A stretch of DNA of 64,000 nt, from assembly GCA_958296135.2 (NCBI GenBank), contig CATQHZ020000001.1, positions 3,584,001 to 3,648,000 of the forward strand, written 5' to 3'. Shown piece by piece: positions 1-10,825 of the stretch (positions within the stretch are counted from its first letter, which is position 1; the number at the start of each line of letters is the position of its first letter). A program made the position numbers and the translations under genes. The notes under the pieces were generated by a model. That model saw only the letters and a program-made list of their open reading frames with translations, had not been told where the DNA came from and made no database searches. This DNA comes from an uncultured Poribacteria bacterium (GTDB lineage: Bacteria > Poribacteria > WGA-4E > WGA-3G).

Positions 1-176
1 CCCTCAGCAATCCGCCGTTGGTTGCGGCACCCGAACTTCGCAGTGCAGTGGTTTTTACGATTTTTGTAGGGACACCGATACGTCGCCTGTTCATCGGCGT
101 GCACGACGAGTTCTTCAAAAATCGCTGTTATCTTATTGAGCCGTTTTTCGTATTCAACTTTGTCAATCTTCGTCAT
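1..176 (-). CDS. Small Cys-rich hypothetical protein, 3' end cut off by the window edge
   Basis: Manual translation MTKIDKVEYEKRLNKITAIFEELVVHADEQATYRCPYKNRKNHCTAKFGCRNQRR... is open to the window edge; co-oriented downstream of the corrinoid protein gene. Confidence 0.6.
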   Translation of the reverse strand, partial: MTKIDKVEYEKRLNKITAIFEELVVHADEQATYRCPYKNRKNHCTAKFGCRNQRRIAE

Positions 177-276
177 TTTTCTCTCTTCAAGCATCCCGTG
201 GCGGGGAACTCCGGTTTGTGTCTCGGCTGCGCTAGGCACGCTTTGGAGAATTTCTCAAGACCGGCAGGGCCCCGCA

Positions 277-1035
277 TTAAAATTCTTCATCGTCTTCTTC
301 AAGGAACCGCTTGGCAAGCGCGACACACGCCAACGCGTCTTTGCCGTATCCATCGGAGCCCATATCATCAGCAAACTCCTGTGTGACAGGCGCGCCGCCT
401 ACCATAATCTTGACATCTTCGCGCAAGTCTTCGTCAATAAACGCATCGATCGTTTTCCCCATGTTCGGCATCGTGGTAGTGAGCAACGCCGACATCCCCA
501 AGATAGGGGCCTGATATTGCTCCACTGCCTCAATGAACTCGTCTTCGGAGGTATCAACACCCAAATCGTGGACGACGAACCCCGCGCCCCGCAGCATCAT
601 GATGCACAGGTTTTTGCCGATATCGTGCAGGTCACCTTTGACGGTGCCCATTATCACAGTACCGATAGGTTCAATTCCAGCATCGGAGAGAATCGGTTCG
701 ACATGTGCCATGCCGGCTTTCATCGCGCGCGCGCAGGCTAAAACTTCCGGCACGAAGATGAAATTTTCCCGGAACTTAATGCCGACGATGCCCATCCCCG
801 CGATGAGCGCGTCGTCCATGATTTCCAGAGCCTCGGTGCCGGCTCCCAGTGCTGCCACCGTCAATTCATCAACAGCACCGTGGTCTCCGTCAATAAGCGC
901 GGCGGCGATATCCTGCATTGCCGGGCGCACTTGAGCGAACATGTCCGTGAAGCGCGCTATCTCATCGGGACGCTCCAGAAACTCTTCAATCTCTTCTCGG
1001 ATGAATTCGTTTGCGATGTCGTTAATAGTTGCCAC
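277..1035 (-). CDS. Corrinoid (B12-binding) methyltransferase protein, MtbC/MttC-like
   Basis: GTVKGDLHDIGKN B12-binding motif, SALLTTTM, VGGAPVT; GTG start with AGGAG upstream. Confidence 0.9.
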   Translation of the reverse strand: MATINDIANEFIREEIEEFLERPDEIARFTDMFAQVRPAMQDIAAALIDGDHGAVDELTVAALGAGTEALEIMDDALIAGMGIVGIKFRENFIFVPEVLACARAMKAGMAHVEPILSDAGIEPIGTVIMGTVKGDLHDIGKNLCIMMLRGAGFVVHDLGVDTSEDEFIEAVEQYQAPILGMSALLTTTMPNMGKTIDAFIDEDLREDVKIMVGGAPVTQEFADDMGSDGYGKDALACVALAKRFLEEDDEEF

Positions 1036-1093
1036 AGGCTTTTTATATCTCCTTAAAAAGAGGATACCACAACTGACAAAAAATTGCAAATTT

Positions 1094-2473
1094 TTACGAC
1101 AGCAGATGCTGTTCCCACCATGCCACATACTCCGCATCGCTGATATCCGGCGAGAGGCCGCGCTTTTCCATCGCCTGCCTGAAACCTGCCGCCATGTGCT
1201 CATCCCAATAGGTGGCAACCTCCGAAGATTCCGGCACTTCTCCCATATCACCTGTCGTCTCTATCCACGCATCCAACTGCGCGCTGAGCTCCGCTCGCAC
1301 GGCATCATAGCGTGCATCAGCTGCAAGGTTGTTCACCTCGTCAGCGTCTACCTCAAGGTGATAGAGCTCTTCGGCAGGCCGCGTCGGCTGCACGAACCGC
1401 TGTTGCACCGCCGACAACGCGCCTTTTTCAGATAACGCCTGCAGCAACGCCCACACCGGATACTGCTGTTTCTTGTAACCGTTGAATTGCATGTAGGGAC
1501 GTTCCGGGTGATAATTGCGGATGTACTTATAGCGATGCGTCCGGATACACCGAATTCTGTCATCCGTGCCATCGCACCGGTCGCGGGCTGCGAAAATTGC
1601 ATCGCGCCTCGTTGCATCCGCGCCGAGGAAGATTTGGCCCTGCATAAAATCAGGAATCTCAACGCCCGCGAGCGATAACGTCGTCGGCGCGAAATCAACA
1701 CCGCTGATGAGTTTATCGCTGATACCGCCCGCTTCAACCTGCCCCGGCCATCGGACAATCAGCGGGATATGGATACCGCCATCGTAAAGAAACTGCTTGC
1801 AGCGGACATGCGCGCGTCCATGGTCGCTCATAAAAAAGATAATCGTATTGTCCGAGAGCCCCTCATCATCCAGCCGTTGGAGAATCTGTCCCACCTTCCG
1901 GTCCAGAATTTGGATGCTCTCAAGGTAGAGAGCCCAATCCTTACGGGTAAGCGGATGGTCTGGATAATAAGATGGCAGTGCAACGTCATCCGGGGAGATA
2001 GGGTGTCCCGGGTCCGGTTTAAAGACGCGGTGCGTGTCCGGAATGTTAATCTGCGCGTAAAAAGGTTGGCCTTCCGCGCGTTCACGCCAATCCACCGCAT
2101 CAAACGGATTTTCACGCTGAAAGTTGAAATCTGTCTTCCCAGGGCGGTTGTAGGGCGGCCCAGGGCTGTTGCATGTCCAATAGCCGACTTCTCGGAAGCA
2201 ATCGGTGATGAGTTTCATATCAGGAGGCAGAGGTTTGTCGCGATTGCTTCGATGGTTGTGCGCGTCAAAATGCGTCTGATAGGTCCCTGTGATGAGCGCG
2301 GAGCGGCTCGGCGAACACACCGGACACGTGACGAAAGCATGGGTATAGCGAGTGCCCTCGGAAGCAAGCCGGTCGATGTTCGGTGTCTGCACGGCAGGCG
2401 TGCCGTAACACCCTAAGTCGGGCGAGAGGTCTTCGCCGTAAATCCAGAGGACATTCGGTTGTTTGGTTTGCAT
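1094..2473 (-). CDS. Sulfatase (Cys-type)
   Basis: PNVLWI..EDL start, CSPSRSALITG formylglycine motif, SDHG. Confidence 0.9.
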   Translation of the reverse strand: MQTKQPNVLWIYGEDLSPDLGCYGTPAVQTPNIDRLASEGTRYTHAFVTCPVCSPSRSALITGTYQTHFDAHNHRSNRDKPLPPDMKLITDCFREVGYWTCNSPGPPYNRPGKTDFNFQRENPFDAVDWRERAEGQPFYAQINIPDTHRVFKPDPGHPISPDDVALPSYYPDHPLTRKDWALYLESIQILDRKVGQILQRLDDEGLSDNTIIFFMSDHGRAHVRCKQFLYDGGIHIPLIVRWPGQVEAGGISDKLISGVDFAPTTLSLAGVEIPDFMQGQIFLGADATRRDAIFAARDRCDGTDDRIRCIRTHRYKYIRNYHPERPYMQFNGYKKQQYPVWALLQALSEKGALSAVQQRFVQPTRPAEELYHLEVDADEVNNLAADARYDAVRAELSAQLDAWIETTGDMGEVPESSEVATYWDEHMAAGFRQAMEKRGLSPDISDAEYVAWWEQHLLS

Positions 2474-2575
2474 GGTTTTTTCCGGATACCGAGTTGCGAT
2501 TGGGATTCGTGTATGGGGCGGATAGAGACAGCCGCCCCATACGGGCTTTGTGAGAAACAAAACTATAAAGGCAGC

Positions 2576-3430
2576 TCACACCGACGCGCCATTGACATTG
2601 CCCACCACATACCGGTCGCGGAAAAGCGTCTGCCGCAGCGGCGGCATCGCCGCAAGCAGTTCCGGATGCGGCCTGTAAAGCTTCGCGAAACCGCTATCAA
2701 CAGGACTATACAGATTGAAAATCGCTATCCTGTCGTTATCTGTGTTCGTCCACGTCGTCGCGCTATGCGTAAGTGCCTCCGTGAAGAAGAGCAGTGAACC
2801 CGCTGGGCAACCGTAAGTGCTCCAGATATCCGACACCGGGTTTTGGATATCCGCTGGTGCCGTGTAAACCGACTTATGACTGCCTGTCACGAGCAGTGTG
2901 CCGCCTTGTCCCTTCTTCACCTCGGTCAATTCCCACACAATGCGGGTATGCGGACTATGGCCCTTGCCGGGGAACGCGTTGTAGTAGTGGACATCGCCGG
3001 GGAAACGGAGTAACCCATTCCCGTTGTGCGGCCCGAAACTGCCCATGCCGGGGGTGCGATAAAAGAGACTCGTGCTTTCAACCGAAAAGCCGTAGCATTC
3101 CGAGCTCGTCACGGCGGGGTGCGCCATGAATTCGTTGAGCAGCGAGACGACAAGCGGATGATCGATCAGTTTCTGAAGCGGGCCGCCGAGTGGCCCCCGT
3201 TCAGATTCCGGAATTGACTCGGGTCTATGGTGTAGCCGCGCGGCAAACTCGTGCATCTCCTTCAATTCGCCACCTGAGAACACTTCCGGCACGAGAAACC
3301 ATCCATGCGTATCAAAAGCATATCGCTGTTCCGGGGGGAGCTCAGGCACGGCGAGTCCATCGGCGTTGCGCGCCGGAAATTGGCACGCATCCGATGGCAG
3401 GTGAAATCCGTTCGCGGTCTGATTTTCCAT
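2576..3430 (-). CDS. Phytanoyl-CoA dioxygenase (PhyH)-family 2OG-Fe(II) oxygenase
   Basis: FDTHGWFLV N-terminus, GGTLLVTGSHK, AGSLLFFTEALTHSA, NDRIAIF. Confidence 0.8.
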   Translation of the reverse strand: MENQTANGFHLPSDACQFPARNADGLAVPELPPEQRYAFDTHGWFLVPEVFSGGELKEMHEFAARLHHRPESIPESERGPLGGPLQKLIDHPLVVSLLNEFMAHPAVTSSECYGFSVESTSLFYRTPGMGSFGPHNGNGLLRFPGDVHYYNAFPGKGHSPHTRIVWELTEVKKGQGGTLLVTGSHKSVYTAPADIQNPVSDIWSTYGCPAGSLLFFTEALTHSATTWTNTDNDRIAIFNLYSPVDSGFAKLYRPHPELLAAMPPLRQTLFRDRYVVGNVNGASV

Positions 3431-3441
3431 TTGGGGTCCTC

Positions 3442-4439
3442 CTAAATTTCGGCGCGGTAAGCAGAGGTGCGCTGTTCAAAATCGCCGTTGATAACGTTCC
3501 CGCCGGCGTAGGGTTCGCGAAAAAGCGTCTGCCGTTTCGGCGGCATCGCCGCCACAAGCCGCGGATGCGGCACCCAATTGGACCAGCGGCTCGCCACCGT
3601 GTTATACAAATTAGAGACGCAAACTCGTCCTGCACCATCGGCGTTAGCACCCCCACTCGCAATCGTCATCGATTCTGTGAAGAGAATGAGCGATCTGTGA
3701 AGAGAATGAGCGAGCCTGAGGGAACATGCACGTCTCCCACAGCGGGGAATCCACATCCTGCACCGCCTCCGGATAGGATACGCCGCTTTATGACTGCCCG
3801 CGGATGAACCCGTTACATCGATTTGCTTCAGGATTGCGAGATCGTGTGTTCTTCACCGCGAGTGCGTGCTGATCGCGCGTCAAGCGCTCCAGCCTCGCCG
3901 GGAACGCACGGTAAAGATGCGAATCGCCCGGCAACCGGAACAGCCCGTTTCCTGCGTGAGGGGCGGGCTGGTTTGTTTGTTTGTTGGAGTGTGGGGGTGG
4001 TGTGGGTGGTTGGGGGGGTTGGTGTGTGTGTGGTGGGGTGGGGGGGGGGGTGGGGGGGGGGGGTGGGGGGGGTGGGGGGGGTGGTGTGGGGGGTGGGTGG
4101 ATGGTGGGTGGGTGGGGGGGGTTGAGTATTAGGATGGTCTGCCAGTTTTTGCAAGGGCCCGCCAAGCGCGCAACGCTCCGGTTCCGGGAGGCCATCCGGT
4201 TCGGTGCGCAGGCGTTCGCAAAATTCGCGCATCTCCCCAATCTCCGCATCCGATAAGACGCTCGGAATCAGAAGCCAGCCGTTCCGATCGAAGTCGTACT
4301 TCTGCTTCTGCGTCGGGACAACCACGGGCAATCCGTCAGCGTTAGCGCGCGTTAATTCTTCCGGTTCAACCTCAACGGCACTGCCGAGGTTTTTGTTCAC
4401 AATAAAGGGTTTTGTCGTCGCAAGTTCTCTGTAAGCCAT
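3442..4439 (-). pseudogene. PhyH-family paralog with broken frame and a low-complexity tract (probably a sequencing or assembly artefact)
   Basis: Fragments in several frames match the neighbouring PhyH gene (ANADGLPVV, FDRNGWLLIP, GGPLQKLADHP, HAGNGLFRLPGD, LILFTESMT, MPPKRQTLFRE); about 3960-4125 is replaced by G/T-rich sequence. Confidence 0.7.
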
Positions 4440-4588
4440 CAGCGTACGTCCTCCGTGCAATGTTCGCATGGGGAGAGTCTACCACGGAACCAAAAATTTG
4501 TCAACTGAACTCTGATAATACCCAAGACGATTTAGTTCTCCCTTTTTTTCTCTTGACACAAAACCCCCAATGTTGTTATCATATCTCT

Positions 4589-7500
4589 ATGCAAGCATTA
4601 AATCTGAACCCTAATAGCAGAGCAGTCCGTGACTACTATGCCACGCTGCGACAATACGCCACGCACAGCATCAGCCATGAAGGCGCAGTCAGCACGCCGT
4701 TGCAAACGCTTTTGGATACCTGCGCCAAACAAGTCGGTGCCACCTTCGTGCCGCAATACGCGATGCGGCCCTCAGACGGCGCGGAGGCCAACCGCGCACG
4801 CATCGTCGTCGATGGCGCACTCCTCGACGCATACGGACTCCCTTTCGCCTTCGTTGAAGCAAAAGACATCGACGATGAACTCGAACGCGAAATCCGCCGA
4901 AAATTTGATGCAGGTTATCCTGACACCAACCTCCTCTTCTACACCCCGCAGCGCGCCGTCCTCTATCAAAACGGACAGCGTGTGCTAGACGAGGACATCA
5001 CCGAGCCACAACGGCTGAAAGTGGTGATAGAACGCCTCTTCTCTCACCCGCTCGCCGCTATCGAGAATTGGCATACCGCCGTGGCGGAATTCCGCGAGAC
5101 GGTGCCGGCACTCGGACGCGAACTCGCTGAACTGATTCAGCATGCACACGAAACCAATCCGCGCTTCAGCACGGCGTTTGCCGACTTTTATCAACTCTGC
5201 AAGACTTCTATCAATCCCAATCTGTCCCAAGCTGCCGTGGAGGAAATGCTCATCCAGCATCTGCTTACCGAGCGCACCTTCCGCACCGTCTTCAATAATC
5301 CCGATTTCACGCGGCGCAATATCATCGCACGCGACATTGAGAACGTCATCGACGCGCTCACCTCCCAAGCCTTTAGCCGACACGACTTCCTCCGCAGCCT
5401 CGACCGGTTTTATCTCGCCATCGAAGACGCAGCGCGCCTCTGTCAAGATTTCTCGCAGCAACAGCACTTTTTGAATACTGTCTACGAACAGTTTTTCCAA
5501 GGCTTCTCCATCAAAGTGGCGGATACACACGGCATCGTCTACACACCGCAGCCCATCGTTAACTTCATGGTGAAAAGTGTCGAACATCTCCTCAAAACCG
5601 AATTCAACCGCTCCCTCTCCGATACAGGGGTTCACATCATCGATCCGTTCGTCGGCACCGGCAACTTCATCGTTCGCCTTATGAAGGACATTGACGTGAC
5701 GCGGCTAGAGGAGAAATACCGCGCCGAACTCCACTGCAACGAGCTCATGCTGTTGCCCTATTACATCGCGTGCCTGAACATTGAGCATGAGTATTTCCAA
5801 CGCACGGGCGAATACCTGCCGTTTGAAGGCATCTGCCTCGTCGATACGTTTGAATTGCTGGAAGAACGACAGACGCAACTGTTCACGCGTGAAAACACCG
5901 AACGCGTGGCACGCCAAAAAGCCACCGACATGTTCGTCGTCATCGGCAATCCACCCTATAATGCGAAACAAGTCAACGATAGCGACAACAATCGAAATCG
6001 CAAGTACCCTGCGATGGATGCACGGGTGCGAGAGACTTATGCGAATGCCTCCAAAGCGACAAACAAAAATTCGCTCTATGACCCTTACGTCAAATCCCTC
6101 CGATGGGCAACGGATAGACTCGGCAAAGATGGCATCGTCGTACTCGTCACGAATCATAGTTTCATCGACGGTTTGGCATTCGATGGGATGCGGAAACATC
6201 TCGCCGAAGAGTTTGACATGCTCCACATTGTGGATTTGGGCGGCAACATCCGCAAGGGGAACCCGGGTGATTCCAACGTGTTCGGCATTCGCGTCGGTGT
6301 GAGCATCAACATCCTCGTCAAAAAGCAGGGGGCGCGGGATGGGCGCGGCCGCATTCTGTATCACGGCGAGACAGCGGCGTGGAGCAAAGAACGCACGTTT
6401 GATTTTCTGAACGAAAAAGAGCACGTCGGCAACGTGACATGGCAAGAGATTCAGCCGAATGCGCGGCATGTCTGGCTTACTGACAGCCTCCGCGAGGAGT
6501 TTGAAACCTTTACGCCACTCGGAAACAAGGCGGTAAAGACAGGAAAATCTGAGGCAATCGGGACGCTTTTTAAAGACTACTCTCGAGGACTGACAACGAA
6601 CCGAGATCCGTGGGTTTACAACTTCAACCGGGAGGCTCTCACGGAGAACATCACTCGCATGATTGATGTCTACAACACGCAAGTGCTTCGGTGGGAACGG
6701 CGGACAGACATGACGAAAAGCATCAATGATTTTGTGGAAACTGATGTGACGAAAATCAAATGGTGTCGAGAGTTACGGCAGCAGCTGCAACGCGGCATCC
6801 TTGGCGAATACGCCGAGCATAAGGTTCGGACTTCACTTTATCGCCCCTTCACTAAATCAAACCTCTTTTTTGATCGGGTGCTGAATGGCTGTGTCTATCA
6901 GCTTCCCTCTTTCTTTCCGACGCGGGATACCGAAAAGGAAAACCGCGCGCTTTGTGTCAACGTGACACCCGAAAAACCCTTTATCTGTCTCATGGTTGAC
7001 TGTATCCCCGAACTCGTCATGACTGGAGGATTCGGATCGCCCACGCAGTGCTTCCCGTTCTATACCTACGATGAAGATGGCACAAACCGCCGAGAGAACA
7101 TCACCGATTGGGCACTGGCACACTTCCGAGCGCATTACGACGATGAAACCATCACCAAGTGGGACATCTTCCACTATAATTACGCCGTGTTGCATCAGCC
7201 GCACTATCGCAAACGGTATGAGGGAAATCTCCGGCGCGATTTGCCGCACATCCCCTTCGCGCCGGACTTCTGGGCATTTGCCAACATTGGCAAGGCGTTA
7301 GCGGAACTCCATCTGAATTATGAGGCGCAGCCCGAATACGCAGGGTTGGAGTTGATTGCCACGCCCGGTGTGCAGCGCAATTGGCGCGTGGAGCAGATGA
7401 AATTCTCGCCGGACAAGACGCAGATTCGCTACAACGAATTCCTGACGATAGCCGGCATCCCTGAGGCGGCATTTGCGTATCGGTTAGGGAACCGTTCCGC

Positions 7501-7669
7501 GTTAGAGTGGGTAGTCAATCAGTATCGCGTCAAAACGGACAAACGGAGTGGCATCGTGAACGATGCGAATCGTGCGGATGCGCCGCAATATATTGTGAAG
7601 TTAATCGGGCGCGTCCTCACGGTGAGTTTAGAGACAGTGCGGCTAATTGAACGTTTACCGGCATTGTAG
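4589..7669 (+). CDS. Single-chain restriction-modification enzyme (PD-(D/E)XK nuclease, N6-adenine MTase, type ISP-like C-terminal specificity domain)
   Basis: VDG...FVEAKD nuclease motif, GIVYTPQPIV, DPFVGTGNF (motif I), IGNPPY (motif IV), YRPF and LGNRSALEWV C-terminal motifs; no helicase motifs seen. Confidence 0.85.
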   Translation: MQALNLNPNSRAVRDYYATLRQYATHSISHEGAVSTPLQTLLDTCAKQVGATFVPQYAMRPSDGAEANRARIVVDGALLDAYGLPFAFVEAKDIDDELEREIRRKFDAGYPDTNLLFYTPQRAVLYQNGQRVLDEDITEPQRLKVVIERLFSHPLAAIENWHTAVAEFRETVPALGRELAELIQHAHETNPRFSTAFADFYQLCKTSINPNLSQAAVEEMLIQHLLTERTFRTVFNNPDFTRRNIIARDIENVIDALTSQAFSRHDFLRSLDRFYLAIEDAARLCQDFSQQQHFLNTVYEQFFQGFSIKVADTHGIVYTPQPIVNFMVKSVEHLLKTEFNRSLSDTGVHIIDPFVGTGNFIVRLMKDIDVTRLEEKYRAELHCNELMLLPYYIACLNIEHEYFQRTGEYLPFEGICLVDTFELLEERQTQLFTRENTERVARQKATDMFVVIGNPPYNAKQVNDSDNNRNRKYPAMDARVRETYANASKATNKNSLYDPYVKSLRWATDRLGKDGIVVLVTNHSFIDGLAFDGMRKHLAEEFDMLHIVDLGGNIRKGNPGDSNVFGIRVGVSINILVKKQGARDGRGRILYHGETAAWSKERTFDFLNEKEHVGNVTWQEIQPNARHVWLTDSLREEFETFTPLGNKAVKTGKSEAIGTLFKDYSRGLTTNRDPWVYNFNREALTENITRMIDVYNTQVLRWERRTDMTKSINDFVETDVTKIKWCRELRQQLQRGILGEYAEHKVRTSLYRPFTKSNLFFDRVLNGCVYQLPSFFPTRDTEKENRALCVNVTPEKPFICLMVDCIPELVMTGGFGSPTQCFPFYTYDEDGTNRRENITDWALAHFRAHYDDETITKWDIFHYNYAVLHQPHYRKRYEGNLRRDLPHIPFAPDFWAFANIGKALAELHLNYEAQPEYAGLELIATPGVQRNWRVEQMKFSPDKTQIRYNEFLTIAGIPEAAFAYRLGNRSALEWVVNQYRVKTDKRSGIVNDANRADAPQYIVKLIGRVLTVSLETVRLIERLPAL

Positions 7670-7748
7670 GGGAGCCGGACGATTTAGTTATCCCGTTCTG
7701 TCGTTAACCGGCCCGCCAAACGCATCGCGAAAGACGAAAAATCGTGTC

Positions 7749-9749
7749 TCACGGCCACGGAAAAAACGGTGCCGGCACATTCGCACTCCAACTGACAAGA
7801 CACCACACCACTGCCATGCTAAATTCACCGAAGACTAGCCCCAAAAAGAATGGCCGAAACCGCTGATACTGCCGAATCCCGCTGTAACGCAGGAGCGGCG
7901 TTTTAATGCTCCACGCGATGAAGACCGGAAACCAAAACACGATAAGTGTCCACGAAGCGGATAAGGCATACCCAAGCGGGTGCAGCGGCCACCACCAATA
8001 TAACATTCTGAGCGCAACTAAGCCTGTCGTCACAAGCGCGCCGATGCCGAAGAAGAGCCCGCCTGTCGCGAGCAGATTCGAGCCCAGTCCCTCCATCGCC
8101 GCCACATTGTCCTGAAAGGCCCAAAGCGGATTCCCACGATACGTATAACTATACATATAGTTAGCCCCGTGCGTATAGGGCAGCCATAAGTGAAGGGCGG
8201 CTGCACAGAAAAACGCCAGCGCGCAGCCTAATGCTAAAACGCCCAACAATGAACGGTAAGCCAGGCCCACTCTGTCACTGATTTTTAAACTGTCTAGGAA
8301 ACCGGTAAGGATTAATCCACGCTGATCTCGCGTGAAAATTGCATCCAGCAAAGACAGTGTCGTGAGGCTTGGTGCCCCTAACGTCGCCTTGCTGGCGATG
8401 AGTTGATAGAGATCGATCGGACGGAAGGAGGTTTCTGTCATTAGCAAACCGCCTTCTGCCGTGCTGCGCGCCATCACCACCGCCACGATGCAGACGTAAA
8501 CCAGCATCTCAAATGCCGCAAATCCTAAGCTTAAGCCAGCGAGATGACACCAGCCTATCGCAAGAAGCAGGCAGACGATGAACCCCCAGACAGCTGTGCG
8601 GTAGGGGAGAATCTCGGCGGAGTCATCAGCTATGTCCCATCGGGCGCGGGCCTGTCCCTCGCCATGCTGCGAAGTGCCCAAACCGCGATTAAAGGCACGC
8701 CGAAACACACGGCGGAAGTGCGGAAAGCCGACATAGATGAACGAGATTATCAGCACAACATAAGCACCGGCTATCTGGTAGCCGATATAGAGCCGAGTTG
8801 GATAGAGCGGCATACCGCTTACCCGCAAACCAAACATCGCAGCGACAACATCTTGCAGCCGCGTGAGCAGAAAAAAGAACCACAGACTGAACAGCAGTTG
8901 CGTCGGCAGCAGGTAGAAAAACCCTACCGCCGCGAAAGAGAGAAAAATGGGGGTGTAGGCGATGGCGTTGAACGGCTGTTCCGTGAAATATTGGTTCAGG
9001 ACATATTGCAAGGAGACACTCGGTATCTGCGGCCAGATTTCGTGAAGCCCATTTAAGGTGAAGATGAGCGCAGGCACCGCGAACCCCAGCCACATCAGAC
9101 GGCTCCGAAAGAAGCCGCGCTCCTCATAGACAAACTCTAGCGGCAGTGAGACTAACGGAAACGCCAATTTCTCGTTTTCAACCCACTGTTTGCGCAAGAT
9201 TGCCGCGAGGCAGAGAAACGCGGTAAACACCAAGAATACCAGCACGCCCCAGACGCACAACGGTTTTATCCATAGGTTCCACGGAATTGCATCGCCGGGC
9301 TCAAGGCCTTCATAGAAACTGACAGCGACAGGGGCTTGGCCTTTTTGTTCCGGCGAAAAGGGAATTAACCACGGCTTGATGTGCGGAAAGAAGAGCGTGT
9401 CCCAACTGTTCGTCTCATTGGAGAAATAGTTCACCGCGATGAGGGCCGGAATCAGTTTCTCCATGACACCGCGCGACGAAATCATTGAGGCGACGAGCAT
9501 CATGCAGTAGATGCACATCAATTCGCGCGGGGATAAGCCAAAATGCTGATTCAACTTTTGGAACAGCCTATTGCCGAGCACCAAAAAGAAAAATAGCCCG
9601 ATGACTGCCGGCGGTAACTGCAAAAAACCGATTTGGATGTAGGTAATCACCAATTCGGCATAAGAGACGATGAAACAGATGGCGATAACGCAACAGATAC
9701 CAAGCGGAAGGAAACGCCATGAGAGGCGGTTTTCGTTTGTGGATAGCAA
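7749..9749 (-). CDS. Polytopic membrane protein, DUF6785/DUF6784-like (putative transporter)
   Basis: Many hydrophobic segments; RKQWVENEKLAFPL, WWPLHPLGY, PFFLGLVFGEF motifs; paralog at 56501-58411. Confidence 0.75.
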   Translation of the reverse strand: MLSTNENRLSWRFLPLGICCVIAICFIVSYAELVITYIQIGFLQLPPAVIGLFFFLVLGNRLFQKLNQHFGLSPRELMCIYCMMLVASMISSRGVMEKLIPALIAVNYFSNETNSWDTLFFPHIKPWLIPFSPEQKGQAPVAVSFYEGLEPGDAIPWNLWIKPLCVWGVLVFLVFTAFLCLAAILRKQWVENEKLAFPLVSLPLEFVYEERGFFRSRLMWLGFAVPALIFTLNGLHEIWPQIPSVSLQYVLNQYFTEQPFNAIAYTPIFLSFAAVGFFYLLPTQLLFSLWFFFLLTRLQDVVAAMFGLRVSGMPLYPTRLYIGYQIAGAYVVLIISFIYVGFPHFRRVFRRAFNRGLGTSQHGEGQARARWDIADDSAEILPYRTAVWGFIVCLLLAIGWCHLAGLSLGFAAFEMLVYVCIVAVVMARSTAEGGLLMTETSFRPIDLYQLIASKATLGAPSLTTLSLLDAIFTRDQRGLILTGFLDSLKISDRVGLAYRSLLGVLALGCALAFFCAAALHLWLPYTHGANYMYSYTYRGNPLWAFQDNVAAMEGLGSNLLATGGLFFGIGALVTTGLVALRMLYWWWPLHPLGYALSASWTLIVFWFPVFIAWSIKTPLLRYSGIRQYQRFRPFFLGLVFGEFSMAVVWCLVSWSANVPAPFFPWP

Positions 9750-9933
9750 TCTTTCTTGTCCTTTGCCCGACGATTTTGACTTTGAGAAAGTGTATCACGA
9801 ACGCGAAAATCTGGCAAATGGAACGAAAAAATCAAAAAAATGAAAAAATGTCACTTTTTTTGTAACCGTTCCTCATATAAAAGCGTTTTAATTAAGTGAA
9901 ACCAATTTTATCGCGCGAAAAAAGGTTAAAGGT

Positions 9934-10191
9934 ATGTTCAATCATACACAAAATCCGCTTGTCGGGTTACCAACAAGGGCCCTGCGCCTCTATAGTGCAT
10001 TGGAGGTTTTCCGGGGTGCGTATACTTCCCTGAGCGAACCGACGTGGTTTCGTGCACCAAGACGGGACGCGCTCCTCAAAAAAATCGGATTCTCCAAAGC
10101 CGATATTGATACCGCCATCAGCGAACTCACGCAAGCGAATTTGTTGCAAATCCGGGAACAGCAGAACACCCGGTGGTATCGCCTCAAATAA
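9934..10191 (+). CDS. Small hypothetical protein, possible winged helix
   Basis: 85-aa ORF abutting maf; helix-turn-helix-like segment followed by a TRWYRL wing. Confidence 0.5.
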   Translation: MFNHTQNPLVGLPTRALRLYSALEVFRGAYTSLSEPTWFRAPRRDALLKKIGFSKADIDTAISELTQANLLQIREQQNTRWYRLK

Positions 10192-10192
10192 T

Positions 10193-10825
10193 ATGCCCAG
10201 CAGTGGACTCTTCGACAAACTCCCATGCCTCGTTTTGGCATCGGCATCGCCGCGTCGCGCCGCCCTCTTATCGCAAATCGGCCTGACGTTCGAGATACGC
10301 CCAAGTGATGTCGCGGAACCGCTGCACAACGGAACCGCGGCGGAAGTCACACAAAAACTTGCCTTGCTCAAGGCAAAAGCCATCGCGCGCCAGCACACCG
10401 AAGGACTAATCATCGGTGCAGATACGTTGGTAGCGTTAGACGGCCGACTTCTCGGCAAACCGACAGATGACGCGCACGCCACAGAAATGCTGACGCAACT
10501 TAGCGGCACCTGCCACGAGGTAGTCACAGGAGTGGCATTAATCGTTGTCGACTCTTCCGGTAGGCGCGATTTTCAACCGCGCACGCCTGCCGCGCGCGAA
10601 ATTGTCTGGACAGAAACCACCAAGGTCTACTTCCGAGAATTGCGCAGCGCGGAGATTGCCGCCTATGTTGCAAGCGGCGAAGCATCGGATAAGGCAGGCG
10701 CATACGGAATCCAAGGGCGCGGCGCGGCACTCGTGAAACGCATTGAAGGATGCTATTTCAACGTCGTCGGACTGCCGCTAGCCAGTCTCGTTGAACAATT
10801 ATGGAAACTTGCCCCGACAACCTGA
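10193..10825 (+). CDS. maf: Maf-family nucleoside triphosphate pyrophosphatase
   Basis: LVLASASPRRAALL, GADTLV, LGKP, DKAGAYGIQG, NVVGLP. Confidence 0.92.
   Translation: MPSSGLFDKLPCLVLASASPRRAALLSQIGLTFEIRPSDVAEPLHNGTAAEVTQKLALLKAKAIARQHTEGLIIGADTLVALDGRLLGKPTDDAHATEMLTQLSGTCHEVVTGVALIVVDSSGRRDFQPRTPAAREIVWTETTKVYFRELRSAEIAAYVASGEASDKAGAYGIQGRGAALVKRIEGCYFNVVGLPLASLVEQLWKLAPTT

Noticed and set aside
3960-4125. Poly-G/GT tract that could be read as a G-quadruplex or a Pro/Gly-rich protein
   Set aside because: It replaces the middle of a PhyH paralog and is surrounded by frameshifts and a local stutter (about 3677-3715), which best fits low-quality base calls
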